Numbered from the stretch's first letter, positions 17,300-30,522 are shown. The stretch: DNA of 62,891 nt from Candidatus Omnitrophota bacterium (GCA_049517335.1 JBEKSD010000007.1:1-62891), one strand, 5' to 3'. Notes: generated by a model from the letters alone, not told the origin. Numbers and translations are program-made.

Positions 17300-19187
17300 A
17301 GGCAGCATTTTCTTCATCCCCTTCAAACATATCCAATGAATAAATACCATAATCTTGTTCAATAATTTCGTGCATTCTTACGGCTTTTCTGTCTAAATTA
17401 TCCTTTATATCTTGATCAATAGTATTTTCATACTGTAGGAAATAGTAGTTTGCAACGTTTACTTCGGAACCGCCAACTCTGTGTATTCTATCCAGCGATT
17501 GTAAATATTGCGCACAATTATAAGACAAATCATAGTAAATGGCATGAAGACACGTTTGATGCAAAGATATCGATTCAGCACAAGCAGCAGGATTAAGAAT
17601 TAAAACATCCAGCCCACTTTTAATATCTTTAAATTTATTGATTATCTTTTCTCTTGTCATTGCTTCCCGTATAGAAGTTTGTTCTGTTGGAGTGTCTCCA
17701 TATATCAACTCACAATTAAACCCTTTTTGAGTTAAATACTTTTTTATAAATTTCAACGTATTAACAAAGTTAGCCCAAATAATAACTTTTTTATCTTTTA
17801 AAAATATTTTTTTTATCAAGCGGCCTAAGAAAATTAACTTCTCGGGTTTCTCAAGCCTATCATAATTATAAATGACATTACGTAAGTCTTTATCCTCCTT
17901 CACTAGGTCTTCTGTATACCCATCTATACAGTTTATCAATAATTTTACATAAGAAGCACATTGCCTAAGTCTCATAATTCGGCCCCTTCTTAACTTTAAT
18001 ACTAAATCTATATTCTTTAAATAATCCTCCTTAGAATAGTTTATGATTTTTCTTTCAATTGCATCATATATCATCCTTTCGTTCTGATTCATTTTAATTA
18101 CAAAAGGATTGTGAAACTTCGGGCGTTTTAGGCCAAGATCGGATTTTCTTACTCTATAAAACAAAACTCCAATTTCTTCCTTAAGGATATCCTTTACTGA
18201 AGAATCATTATGTGTGTCTTCAAGCAATTTTATTCTGGTTTTAATTGTAGGAGTTAATGGATTGAGTTTATCATATAGAAAATCAAACATATTAAAAATA
18301 TCTGTATAACTTCTGGGCATAGGCGTTCCCGTTAAAATACATTTATATTTCGCATATCGAGATAAGGTTAAAATAGCACTTGCCCAGCTTCCTCCTAGCT
18401 GTTTAATATAATGAGCCTCATCTATAACGAAAAAAATATTAGTACCCTTAGTATTGAAGAACTCTCTTACTTCAATGCGGTCGTTAGAAAGTGTTTGGAA
18501 AGTTGTCAAATACAATTCACTCCTTTCCGAATGATCACTAAAGTAATCATTTTTTCTAATTAGATGGTGGCCTCCAGCAAAAATTTTGAATTTTGGTGTT
18601 CTTCCTAGAGTAGATTCAAATTCTTTCTTCCATGGACCAAAGCACGATGTAGGTCCAACCACAAATAAAGTATTAACCTTCCCCTCCAATTTAAGTTTTT
18701 CATATACTGTTAAAATCACCGATGTTTTACCACTGCCTGGAACTGAAAAATTTGCCCCGCTTTCTAATAAATAAAGATGGAAAGCTGCTTTAAGTTGGTG
18801 GGGTTTTAATTTTCTAGGAATGCTTTTCTTGGCAAACTCATAGAACTTATCTAACGCTTCCTTATCAAATTTTCCATCTTTAAATTCTTGGGCAAGTTTC
18901 CTTTTTGTATTAAATTCTGCAATTTCATTAACTAACCTAGAGTAATATTTTCTACAGATAGAAGATAATTGATAATCAATACTTTCCTCTTTGAAATAAC
19001 CGGTTATTTTGAGTAGTATTGAGTCGACCTCCTTAACTTCTTGCTGGAATGAACCATCTTGAGGATTATTTTTGAAACCAAAGAAAGTCAGTTGACTAAT
19101 GTGCTCGGGTTTTAAATTTAACTTAACGCCAGACAAGATTAAAGTATTGTTTAATATATCTATACTGAGTGGCTTGCTACTATTCAT
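17274..19187 (-). CDS. SNF2/SWI2-family SF2 helicase
   Basis: NFSVPGSGKT, IDEAHYIK, LTGTP, AESISL, QSLDRIHRVG. ATGA overlap with the upstream gene. Confidence 0.9.
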   Translation of the reverse strand: MNSSKPLSIDILNNTLILSGVKLNLKPEHISQLTFFGFKNNPQDGSFQQEVKEVDSILLKITGYFKEESIDYQLSSICRKYYSRLVNEIAEFNTKRKLAQEFKDGKFDKEALDKFYEFAKKSIPRKLKPHQLKAAFHLYLLESGANFSVPGSGKTSVILTVYEKLKLEGKVNTLFVVGPTSCFGPWKKEFESTLGRTPKFKIFAGGHHLIRKNDYFSDHSERSELYLTTFQTLSNDRIEVREFFNTKGTNIFFVIDEAHYIKQLGGSWASAILTLSRYAKYKCILTGTPMPRSYTDIFNMFDFLYDKLNPLTPTIKTRIKLLEDTHNDSSVKDILKEEIGVLFYRVRKSDLGLKRPKFHNPFVIKMNQNERMIYDAIERKIINYSKEDYLKNIDLVLKLRRGRIMRLRQCASYVKLLINCIDGYTEDLVKEDKDLRNVIYNYDRLEKPEKLIFLGRLIKKIFLKDKKVIIWANFVNTLKFIKKYLTQKGFNCELIYGDTPTEQTSIREAMTREKIINKFKDIKSGLDVLILNPAACAESISLHQTCLHAIYYDLSYNCAQYLQSLDRIHRVGGSEVNVANYYFLQYENTIDQDIKDNLDRKAVRMHEIIEQDYGIYSLDMFEGDEENAAYERLFNKR

Positions 19188-20599
19188 TTTTTCTTTTTCT
19201 TTGTAAAATCAGAGGCTTCTTTTTCTATATGGTAAAACTCAGACTCAATCTCTTGAGCACGTTTTTTAATCTCTCTAGCTAAATCCATTGCTCTTGAAAA
19301 CTGAGATAACGGAACTGCCTCGGGATCCATTGCATCATGATTGAGTTTTTTTAATGCTGATTCCAATAATTCTAAGGGGGTTTCTCTCTCTTCCTTGTTT
19401 TCTTGAAGAAAAGCGGCTTTTTTAACTTGGTTAACAATTTGTGATTTGTATTTTGTACACCATAACTTATCAATCATACTTACGTCATATTCGTTCCCAT
19501 CTTTGTCACGACACTCTTCCTTTGGTAAATGAACCTTGACTTCAATCAGTTTAAGGATTTCTTTCTTTGCATCTTCATTGCTTAACCAACTAGGAAGTCT
19601 TCTCATTACCTGATGCACTTTTGACAAACTAGGTATTCCATCAATCTGCCTTAGTCGAATTATTTTAAAGGCCACTGATTCAATTTTGCCTACCTCGTTT
19701 TCTGTAACCCCTAGAATTAACCTTTGTTTCGGGTCTTCTAGTTTTTTAAAAACTGAGTTGTAATAATCGTAGAACGCTTGCCATCTTCCTTCGGGATCAC
19801 CCAATCCCGATGAAACAGTACCATAGAGTTCTTGCCTATCCAACATATCGAGATACCTATCGATACATTCTAATGGCTTAAGATAATCATCTCTATATTT
19901 TCTCACTGCCTTTTCAAAAGTTTTTTTATCAAGTCCTGAAAAAACAGGATCGTCTCTCAATTGCTCATCTATCGACATTCCTAAGGCCATTTTCCTTTTT
20001 ATTGATAATGCGCGATCAAAAGCATAATATTCAGCCTTACCATCACTCTGAAGCTGATACCTATTTTCAATTTGCTCTATTTCTAACAAGGTTGGAGGTC
20101 CACCCTCATCCTTCTTTCCAGGTAAAATTACAACTTTCATGTTTAAAAATCGAGTGTCGTGGCTATCTTCCCAAAGCTTTTCTAAAACCATTTTTCTACG
20201 ATTTCCATTGATAAGAAATCCGTCACAAGTAATAATCGCAGGTTCTCGTTGCTCTTCATGCTTGATAGATTGTGTCAATTCTTCGGTTTTTTCTTTATCT
20301 TTTTCTTCAAGAAATTTTCTAAGCATTTTCTGCGCCTCTTCAGATTTCTCATCTAATACTCCACAATTCCTTTCATAATTCAATACATCAGAGCTAATGC
20401 GACCATTGTCTTTTCTGTAGCGAAGAATCTCAAAGGGAACCAAATAAACATCTCGTTCAATGCCATGCTTCCGTTCATTCCTAAAATCTATAACCGTCCT
20501 TGCAGGCTTTGGGCCCTTTGTTTTTCTTTTTTCTATTTCATCTGTAAAATCATCAATAATTTCTCTAACTACAGGCTTTGTTAACTTTCCCATTTTCAT
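19184..20599 (-). CDS. ParB/Srx-like N-terminal domain protein
   Basis: YRKDNGRI and ITCDGFLINGNRRKMVL resemble the ParB GxxR motif; GAGGAGG RBS. Confidence 0.65.
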   Translation of the reverse strand: MKMGKLTKPVVREIIDDFTDEIEKRKTKGPKPARTVIDFRNERKHGIERDVYLVPFEILRYRKDNGRISSDVLNYERNCGVLDEKSEEAQKMLRKFLEEKDKEKTEELTQSIKHEEQREPAIITCDGFLINGNRRKMVLEKLWEDSHDTRFLNMKVVILPGKKDEGGPPTLLEIEQIENRYQLQSDGKAEYYAFDRALSIKRKMALGMSIDEQLRDDPVFSGLDKKTFEKAVRKYRDDYLKPLECIDRYLDMLDRQELYGTVSSGLGDPEGRWQAFYDYYNSVFKKLEDPKQRLILGVTENEVGKIESVAFKIIRLRQIDGIPSLSKVHQVMRRLPSWLSNEDAKKEILKLIEVKVHLPKEECRDKDGNEYDVSMIDKLWCTKYKSQIVNQVKKAAFLQENKEERETPLELLESALKKLNHDAMDPEAVPLSQFSRAMDLAREIKKRAQEIESEFYHIEKEASDFTKKKKK

Positions 20600-20619
20600 C
20601 CTCCTCTTTGCGCAGTAAT

Positions 20620-20661
20620 AAAAAAGGGCAATCTATGAACTTAAATAGAATTGTCCTTTTT
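20620..20661 (-). terminator. Intrinsic-terminator-like hairpin immediately upstream of the ParB-like gene
   Basis: Minus strand GGACAATTCTAT-loop-ATAGATTGCCC followed by TTTTTT. Confidence 0.55.
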
Positions 20662-20768
20662 AGGATATCTTCACCGCCATATCTTTATGAAAATTAATTT
20701 TTACATTAGCGCATTCTTTTTCGTATGGATTATGAGAGTTATTATTTTTGGGCTCATAATTACTTACG

Positions 20769-20797
20769 ATTATACAACTTTTGGCTCTATTTAACAA
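20769..20797 (-). promoter_or_regulatory. Sigma70 promoter for the defence-like cluster
   Basis: TTGTTA (20797-20792), 17 bp, TATAAT (20774-20769). Confidence 0.65.
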
Positions 20798-20870
20798 CTG
20801 AAAGTTCCCTCTCTATTTCCCTTGATATCTCTCTAATTGTATGGCCATATGTGTCCTGAGGAGGCCAAAA

Positions 20871-21311
20871 ATGAATGGAATAATGGTGCTTAAAAACGCA
20901 CCCATTGAAGAGCTTCTCGGGCGATACAAAGAGCTTTATGGTGATAACGCTGCCGGAACTCATAGACTCTATCTCTGGCGAAAAATAGCTTATAGGCTAC
21001 AAGAGCGCGAGCAAGGTACTCTATCGACCAAAGCTAAGGTTCGGCTTAAGACGCTTATTGAAGAGTATGATCCTATCAATAATAAAGCCCTTAGGCCTGA
21101 TAAGCCATCTTGTCTACCGGTTATCGCTAAAGATAAACGGCTGCCCATTCCAGGAACCGTAATCACTAAGGAATACAAGGACACGAAGTACCAGGTAAAG
21201 GTGCTGGAGAAAGGTTTTGAGTATACCGGCAAAATATATAAAACGCTATCCGCCATTGCTAAAGAGATAACCGGAGCGCATTGGAATGGGTATCTGTTTT
21301 TTAATCTGTAG
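20871..21311 (+). CDS. DUF2924 domain protein
   Basis: GAGGAGG RBS before ATG 20871. LWRKIAYRLQE, PGTVITKEY, YKTLSAIAKEITGAHWNGYLFF. Confidence 0.9.
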   Translation: MNGIMVLKNAPIEELLGRYKELYGDNAAGTHRLYLWRKIAYRLQEREQGTLSTKAKVRLKTLIEEYDPINNKALRPDKPSCLPVIAKDKRLPIPGTVITKEYKDTKYQVKVLEKGFEYTGKIYKTLSAIAKEITGAHWNGYLFFNL

Positions 21312-21319
21312 GAGGTCTG

Positions 21320-22909
21320 ATGGAAACACAAGAAAAGAAGACGATTAACTGCGCCATTTATACGCGCGTTTCAACTACTGAAGGGCTAGAGCAGGAATTT
21401 ACCTCACTCGATAACCAACGCGAATCCGCGGAAAGCTACATCCAAAGCCAAAAATCTGAAGGCTGGGTAGCATTGCCTGAACGCTACGATGACCCAGGCT
21501 ATACGGGAGCAAATACGGAGCGACCTGCCTTGCAAAAACTTATGGCTGATATCAAAGAAGGTAAAATTAACTGTGTAGTAGTATATAAAGTAGATCGGCT
21601 ATCGCGATCGCTCCTTGATTTCAGTAAGCTTTTGGAGTCCTTTGAGCAAAATAACGTAACCTTCGTTTCAATAACGCAGCATTTCAACACTAATGCCTCT
21701 ATGGGGCGCTTGACCTTAAACATCCTTCTCTCCTTCGCCCAGTTTGAGCGGGAGATCATTAGTGAACGCACACGCGATAAAATGGCCGCTTCCAAAAAAA
21801 GAGGCAAGTGGGTCGGCGGCAAGCCTCCTTTAGGCTACGATATAGATAAAGTAAACAAAAAGCTGGTTATAAACCCAAAGGAAGCCGAACTGGTAAAGGA
21901 GATATTCGATCTCTACCTTGAGAAAAAGTCTTTGCTTTCAGTGGCTATAGCGCTTAATGAAAGGAGCTATGTAACAAAAAGTCGCAAAACTCTTAAAGGC
22001 AGGGAATATGGTGGTGTAAAGTTTAAAAACACAAGCATTCAGTCAATAGTTAAGAATCCATTCTATATCGGCAAGGTCGGTCATGCAGGAGTACTTTATC
22101 AAGGTGAGCAAGAACGTATAATATCCGACGATGTATTCCAAAAGGCTCAAGAAATACTGGCCAATAATCGCCTGGAACGCAAGGTCGCCGGCGTAGTCAC
22201 AAGCATTGGCTTACTGAATAGCATCCTGCGCTGCAAAGCCTGCGACAGCACCATGTACTACATATACAGCAGAAAAGGTACTAATAAGTACCACTACTAC
22301 CTTTGTATGAATGCTCAGAAACGAGGCTACAAGAGCTGCCCTACGCGTCTTATATCGGCACAATTAATCGAGGATAAGTTTATGGAGTTTTTAAGAACCA
22401 TATCTAAAGACCCAAGGATTGAAGCTAAGGCCTGGGAAGCATTAACTCTGGAAGAAAAGATACCTATACTTAGATCTATCGCCAAGGTTGCGTATTACGA
22501 TGCAATTAACGGAACCCTTGAAATATTGCTCTGTAATGCCAATAAGAGCCATCAGTTCGCGTTAAAACTGTCTGAGTTAAAGCATACACCCTTCTATCGC
22601 CAACAGGCCAAAATAAGCCAAGAACCACCTATACGCCAGAACTTAATCCTAGCTCATCAAATAAACCAAGTGGCATACGAAAGAAAGTGTGGCCTAAAAG
22701 AAATAGCTAGCTGGATCGGCATAACTCACGCGAGAATCTGCCACATCACAAACATGCTCCTTATATCACCACGAATCCAGGAAGAGATACTCCTCTCTGA
22801 TAATAAGGCACTCTCCAACATCCCTGAATACAAGCTGCGCGACATAACCAAAGAATTAGACTGGAATAAGCAACAAGAAATCTGGAATAACCTCCTCAAA
22901 TCCCAATAA
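21320..22909 (+). CDS. Large serine recombinase (resolvase + recombinase + zinc-ribbon domains)
   Basis: IYTRVST catalytic Ser, YKVDRLSRS, FAQFEREIISER, CKAC...C...C zinc ribbon. Confidence 0.92.
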   Translation: METQEKKTINCAIYTRVSTTEGLEQEFTSLDNQRESAESYIQSQKSEGWVALPERYDDPGYTGANTERPALQKLMADIKEGKINCVVVYKVDRLSRSLLDFSKLLESFEQNNVTFVSITQHFNTNASMGRLTLNILLSFAQFEREIISERTRDKMAASKKRGKWVGGKPPLGYDIDKVNKKLVINPKEAELVKEIFDLYLEKKSLLSVAIALNERSYVTKSRKTLKGREYGGVKFKNTSIQSIVKNPFYIGKVGHAGVLYQGEQERIISDDVFQKAQEILANNRLERKVAGVVTSIGLLNSILRCKACDSTMYYIYSRKGTNKYHYYLCMNAQKRGYKSCPTRLISAQLIEDKFMEFLRTISKDPRIEAKAWEALTLEEKIPILRSIAKVAYYDAINGTLEILLCNANKSHQFALKLSELKHTPFYRQQAKISQEPPIRQNLILAHQINQVAYERKCGLKEIASWIGITHARICHITNMLLISPRIQEEILLSDNKALSNIPEYKLRDITKELDWNKQQEIWNNLLKSQ

Positions 22910-23259
22910 AACTAACCCACCATTAAGCCTTTACTAGAGATAAATTCAGCCAAATATCCGCCAAACCCTAGTAAATGGTTATTTTGCTTGATGAAAACTA
23001 GCAAATTATCGTAAAAATACCATTTACTACACGCGTCCTAAAATAAGCCGAATCAGAGATAAAACTCGCTATTTTGGAGATTAGTTGGCTTGTTCTGCAA
23101 AAATTTTACATGCTAGAAGAGATGGGTGTTCAAAATTAGCGTCATCGTCGGAAAACAATGCCCTAACTCTTTGAAACGTAAAGAGAAAGAAAAAGCTCTA
23201 ATCAGCTAAACTAATCAGAGCTTTATGCCTCTCTCCTTTTGGAACGAGAGAGAACTTAT

Positions 23260-23337
23260 TGGTGTCCCCAACCGGATTCGAACCGGTGTCGAGAGCTTGA
23301 AAAGCTCTTGTCCTAGGCCAGGCTAGACGATGGGGAC
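23260..23337 (-). tRNA. tRNA-Glu(TTC)
   Basis: GTCCCCA acceptor stem, AGAGC-TT-TTC-AA-GCTCT anticodon arm, GGTTCGAATCC, CCA encoded. Confidence 0.97.
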
Positions 23338-23342
23338 AAATA

Positions 23343-25775
23343 TTATTCCGTTTCCTCTGCAATAACCGGGGCAACGCAGGCCACATGATCCTTATCCTGC
23401 AACTTTATCAGACGCACACCCTGTGCAGAACGGCCAGTTTCACGTATATCTTTTACAGCGCAGCGTAAAAATGCGCCGTTTTGCGTTATGACCATCAACT
23501 CATCGGTATCGGTTACGGACTTTATATTGACCACCTGGCCGTTCTTATCCGTAACCTTAATGTTAATTACCCCTTTGCCGCCGCGGCTGGTTAGGCGGTA
23601 CTCATCAACCGTAGTGCGTTTGGCAAAACCAAGCTCAGTAACGGTTAAAATAGCCGCATCTTTTTTAAGCACGATCATATCCACAACTTCGTCTTTCTTG
23701 CCTAACGATATACCCCGCACCCCCGACGCCTGCCTGCCCATGTCGCGCACTTTGGTTTCAGTAAACCTTATGGCCTTACCCTGACGGGTCCCGATAAAAA
23801 GCTCCTCTTTGCCGTCGGTCATTTCAACCCCGATTAATTCATCATCTTTATCAAGGGTGATCCCGATAATCCCGCCCTTACGCGGGTTGCCGTAAGCATC
23901 AAGCTTGGTTTTCTTGATTTTGCCCTCTTTCGTCGCCATAACCAAATATTTATCAGGAGAGAATTCCTTCACCGGTATAGTAGAACTAATCTTTGAAGAA
24001 GGATCGACCTGGATTAAATTTACGATGGCTTTACCTTTTGACTGACGCGAGGCTTGCGGTATCTCGTAAACTTTCAACCAGTGCACCTGCCCTTTATCGG
24101 TAAAGATCAGCAGGTAGTCTTTGGTTGAAGCTACGAACAGATGCTCAATGAAATCTTCTTCTTTTAATTCCGCTCCAGTCACGCCTTTACCGCCGCGTTT
24201 TTGTTTACGATACGAGCTGACTGGAAGACGCTTAATGTATCCGCCATGGCTGATGGTTACAACCACATCCTCCTCGGCAATTAAATCTTCAACTTCCAAT
24301 TCTTCAGCTTCGCCTACCAAGTCGGTCCTGCGCTCATCGCCGTATTTCTTCTTTAGGTTTTCCAGCTCTTCTTTAATAATGGCCTCTACTTTTTTCTCGG
24401 AGGCTAAAATTGCCCGGCAGATTTCAATTTTCTTTAAAAGCTCAACGTATTCAGCATCAATTTTGTCGCGTTCAAGCGCGGTCAGGCGCTGCAGTTGCAT
24501 TTCAAGGATCGCCTGCGATTGGATCTCCGAAAGTTCAAACTCTTTCATTAAACGCTCTTTGGCGTGTTCCGTATTCTTGGAAGTCTTGATCACCTTGATT
24601 ATCTGGTCAATAAATTTAAGCGCAATCTTCAAGCCTTCCAGAATATGCGCCCTTTTTAAAGCTTTGTCTAATTCAAACTGTGTCCTGCGTTTGATAATAA
24701 TCTTGCGGTGTGCGATGTAAGCCTCGAGGATCTGGCGTAAAGTCAAAACTTTGGGCCTGTTTTCAACCAGCGCCAATAAAATAATACCAAAGGTGGTTTC
24801 CAACTGGGTATGCTTAAAAAGCTGATTTAGGATAATTTGCGCTTCGGTATCGCGTTTAAGTTCCACGACAATGCGCATACCGTCCTTATCAGACTCATCA
24901 CGGATATCGGATATCCCTTCGATCTTCTTATCGTCCACCAGCGCTGCGATAGCCTCAATTAAGCCCGACTTCTGCACCTGATAGGGAATCTCGGTAACCA
25001 CTATTAAATCTTTCCCGTTTTTCTGGTGTTCAACTGTCGCCCTTGCGCGCACCGTGAGCTTGCCGCGACCGGTATTATAAGCGTCTTTAATCCCGCTCTT
25101 TCCACAGATGACTCCGCCCGTCGGGAAATCCGGCCCCTTGATAAAACGCATCAGGTCTTTAATCTCAGCTTCGGGGTGGTCTAATAAATAAATTATCGCA
25201 TCCGCTACTTCATTTAAATTATGCGGCGGGATATTGGTAGCCATGCCTACGGCAATGCCGCTTGAGCCGTTGACTAAAAGGTTTGGGAGTGTAGCCGGTA
25301 ACAAAAGCGGCTCTTTTAAAGAAGCGTCAAAATTCGGCCCGAAGTTTACGGTATCCTTGTCTATATCGAAAAGCATTTCATCGGAAACCGCGGCCAGCCG
25401 GGCCTCGGTATAACGCATGGCTGCTGCCGCATCCCCGTCAACAGAACCGAAGTTTCCCTGCCCGTCCACAAGAGGATAACGTAGGGAAAAATCCTGGGCC
25501 ATTCTTACCAAGGTGTCGTAAACCGCAATATCCCCATGCGGGTGGTACTTACCCAGGACCTCGCCAACGATACGGGCGCATTTCTTGTAGGGCTTGGAAT
25601 GGTCAAGGTTGAGCTCCTGCATGGCATAAAGGATCCTGCGGTGCACCGGCTTTAAGCCATCGCGCACATCGGGAAGCGCCCTGCCCACAATTACGCTCAT
25701 CGCGTAATTAAGATAAGCGTCTTGTACTTCGTCCTCGATATAAACCGGGATTATTTTTTCGTTTCTGGTATACAT
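23343..25775 (-). CDS. gyrA: DNA gyrase subunit A
   Basis: YHPHGD, AAMRYTE, GyrA-box QKRGGKG. Confidence 0.98.
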   Translation of the reverse strand: MYTRNEKIIPVYIEDEVQDAYLNYAMSVIVGRALPDVRDGLKPVHRRILYAMQELNLDHSKPYKKCARIVGEVLGKYHPHGDIAVYDTLVRMAQDFSLRYPLVDGQGNFGSVDGDAAAAMRYTEARLAAVSDEMLFDIDKDTVNFGPNFDASLKEPLLLPATLPNLLVNGSSGIAVGMATNIPPHNLNEVADAIIYLLDHPEAEIKDLMRFIKGPDFPTGGVICGKSGIKDAYNTGRGKLTVRARATVEHQKNGKDLIVVTEIPYQVQKSGLIEAIAALVDDKKIEGISDIRDESDKDGMRIVVELKRDTEAQIILNQLFKHTQLETTFGIILLALVENRPKVLTLRQILEAYIAHRKIIIKRRTQFELDKALKRAHILEGLKIALKFIDQIIKVIKTSKNTEHAKERLMKEFELSEIQSQAILEMQLQRLTALERDKIDAEYVELLKKIEICRAILASEKKVEAIIKEELENLKKKYGDERRTDLVGEAEELEVEDLIAEEDVVVTISHGGYIKRLPVSSYRKQKRGGKGVTGAELKEEDFIEHLFVASTKDYLLIFTDKGQVHWLKVYEIPQASRQSKGKAIVNLIQVDPSSKISSTIPVKEFSPDKYLVMATKEGKIKKTKLDAYGNPRKGGIIGITLDKDDELIGVEMTDGKEELFIGTRQGKAIRFTETKVRDMGRQASGVRGISLGKKDEVVDMIVLKKDAAILTVTELGFAKRTTVDEYRLTSRGGKGVINIKVTDKNGQVVNIKSVTDTDELMVITQNGAFLRCAVKDIRETGRSAQGVRLIKLQDKDHVACVAPVIAEETE

Positions 25776-26569
25776 TCTTGTGCTTTCTTATAAAACCCTA
25801 TAAAAACGAGTGACCAAAGCGGTATTATCAACAGCCTGATTAGTATATTATAAAAAATACTTATAAAATTTATCGCCATTTTATCGGTAACAACAAAAGC
25901 TATAATGATCAACGGTATTATAAAAACGAAAGCTGCAAGAAACAACAGACCTACATCGGCAACAAAAGCAGTTACGTAATTGCGTACCAGCTGGAAGCTG
26001 CGTTTCAGGGCCTTTATCGGGCCTGCTTCTTCAACCACGCAGAGCGTCCCGTAAAGCGCCCACCTGATAGAAAAATAAACCACACCTGAGACAGCTGCAA
26101 CCATGGAGGCACAAATAAGCAGGACTGTCAAAACCCTGTTAATCTGCCAGAAAATACGCCCAGCAAAAATCGAGAGCGTTACCCCGCATAAAATTATCGC
26201 GCTTAAGACTAACAGCATTATAATAGCTGCGCCAAGGTAAGATAAAAGGTACTTACCGCTGCCTTTAAAGCTTGCGCTAAAATTACACTGCTGCCCGTCG
26301 GAAATTTTCTTTGCAATATTAATTATCACCACCGACCCCCAGCAGCTCAAAATAATATTCACCAAACCCATTAGGGTTTGCCTTAAATCAGGCTTATTAG
26401 TACGCGTCATACCCATCTCAATCAAAGCCAGCAGAAGAATAGGTAGATAGATAACCAGATACGGACCAATAAAACTTTGCAAATTCTTAAAACAGAGGCT
26501 CCACCCTTCTTTAAAGATAGCTACAGGGTGCAACACTTTTTTCTCGTCTTCCGGAATTATAGTCTGCAT
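25751..26569 (-). CDS. Hypothetical polytopic membrane protein between gyrB and gyrA
   Basis: 272 aa, about 6 hydrophobic segments, starts 1 nt after the gyrB stop. Confidence 0.75.
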   Translation of the reverse strand: MQTIIPEDEKKVLHPVAIFKEGWSLCFKNLQSFIGPYLVIYLPILLLALIEMGMTRTNKPDLRQTLMGLVNIILSCWGSVVIINIAKKISDGQQCNFSASFKGSGKYLLSYLGAAIIMLLVLSAIILCGVTLSIFAGRIFWQINRVLTVLLICASMVAAVSGVVYFSIRWALYGTLCVVEEAGPIKALKRSFQLVRNYVTAFVADVGLLFLAAFVFIIPLIIIAFVVTDKMAINFISIFYNILIRLLIIPLWSLVFIGFYKKAQECIPETKK

Positions 26570-26570
26570 A

Positions 26571-29290
<2,720 letters not shown>

Positions 29291-29294
29291 ACGT

Positions 29295-30386
29295 TTAACT
29301 CAGGCGCATCGGCAATACTATATAAACATAGCCGTTAATCCTGATAACGCCTGGCTTCTCGCTGTCCGATAATTCAAACTCAATGTTTTCCTCGGACACA
29401 TTCTTTAAAACATCAATTAAATAGTTCGGATTAAACCCTATCGCCAACTCTTTACCCTGATATTCAACCACTACTTCCTCCCGGGATTCGCCTACGTCGG
29501 GAGTGGACTTAGAAACCACCAGTTTATTTTTAAAAACCTCTAATTTTACCGCCTGATAATCCGGGGTGGACAAAAGTGAAGCCCTCCTTACGGCCAGTAA
29601 AAATTGCGCCCGGTTTATTTTCATTTTGGCATTGGAGGCCGGCGGGATGACCTGACGGTAATCAGGAAATTCCCCTTCAATAAGACGTGAAATAATCACT
29701 ACTGTGCCTAAATCAAACAAAACCTGATTATTCCCTAAAATCAAAGAAGCATCCCCTTCATCTTTTAAATTCCGGTTTAACTCATGAATGGTTTTTATTG
29801 GAATAATAATATTAACCTCTTTCTCTGTATCGTGCCCAAGTTTTCTTTCAATAATTGCCAGGCGCTTACCGTCCGTTGCCACTAAAGTTAAATTAGTTTT
29901 GTTAATTTTAAAGAGGATACCGTTTAAAATATAGCGTGTTTCATCAAAAGAAACCGCAAAAGAAGTCAAGGCTAACATTTGTTGCAGCGCGCCCTGGTCA
30001 AATTTAATAACCTCCCTATCTTTAAATTCAGGTAGCTTCGGAAATTCCTCCCGGGCAAGCCCCATAATTTTAAATTCACAGGTATCAGTGTTAATATGAA
30101 CCTGATTATTCTTTTTTGTGATGATATCCACGTTTTCCGATGGTAATTCTTTAATAATATCACTAAACCTTTTGGCTGGAATGGTTATAGCGCCTACTTC
30201 CAGGGTTTCCACAGGTATTACACAACTTATTCCCACATCCAAATCAGTAGCTGTCAAGCGTAAATTCCCCTGTTGGGCCTCCAATAAAATATTAGATAAT
30301 ATAGGTAAAGCTGCTTTTGTAGTAATGACATTTTGCACTGTTTGGATTCCATTTAATAATATATCTTTTTCTACTTTTAATTTCAT
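29295..30386 (-). CDS. dnaN: DNA polymerase III beta clamp
   Basis: PILSNILL, ATDGKRLA, FPDY, VLPMR. Confidence 0.97.
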   Translation of the reverse strand: MKLKVEKDILLNGIQTVQNVITTKAALPILSNILLEAQQGNLRLTATDLDVGISCVIPVETLEVGAITIPAKRFSDIIKELPSENVDIITKKNNQVHINTDTCEFKIMGLAREEFPKLPEFKDREVIKFDQGALQQMLALTSFAVSFDETRYILNGILFKINKTNLTLVATDGKRLAIIERKLGHDTEKEVNIIIPIKTIHELNRNLKDEGDASLILGNNQVLFDLGTVVIISRLIEGEFPDYRQVIPPASNAKMKINRAQFLLAVRRASLLSTPDYQAVKLEVFKNKLVVSKSTPDVGESREEVVVEYQGKELAIGFNPNYLIDVLKNVSEENIEFELSDSEKPGVIRINGYVYIVLPMRLS

Positions 30387-30522
30387 TCCTCTCTCCTTTT
30401 ACTATTAGTATTAATTATTAAAATCTTAGTAGTAATATTGTTTTTACTTTTCTGTGTATAAACCACTAACCCCAATATAATCCTTAAGTTATAACTTTTA
30501 TTATCTTTGAATAAACCTCGAT
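30387..30522. other. oriC part 1 (dnaA-dnaN intergenic, probable unwinding element)
   Basis: DnaA-box-like tgtgtataa at 30453-30461 next to an AT-rich tract with TAGTAGTAATA (DnaA-trio-like). Confidence 0.6.

Larger units (their letters stand above)
1..23259. mobile_element. Genomic island / defective integrative element adjacent to the tRNA-Glu 3' end; left boundary not determined
   Basis: Recombinase next to a tRNA, with phage packaging genes, defence-type genes, metal-resistance cargo and GC heterogeneity. Core genes begin right after the tRNA. Confidence 0.75.

Noticed and set aside
5954-22909. Intact prophage
   Set aside because: No portal, capsid, tail, lysis or replication genes are recognisable; only a packaging-enzyme module is present.
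23183-23252. Hairpins downstream of tRNA-Glu as att sites
   Set aside because: aaagctct..agagcttt and the ctctc..gagag repeat are adequately explained as the tRNA/gyrA transcript terminator.
1-23259. attL duplicate of the tRNA-Glu 3' end
   Set aside because: I found no second copy of tggtgtccccaaccgg in the window. The left end may lie outside it, or the recombinase may not target the tRNA itself.
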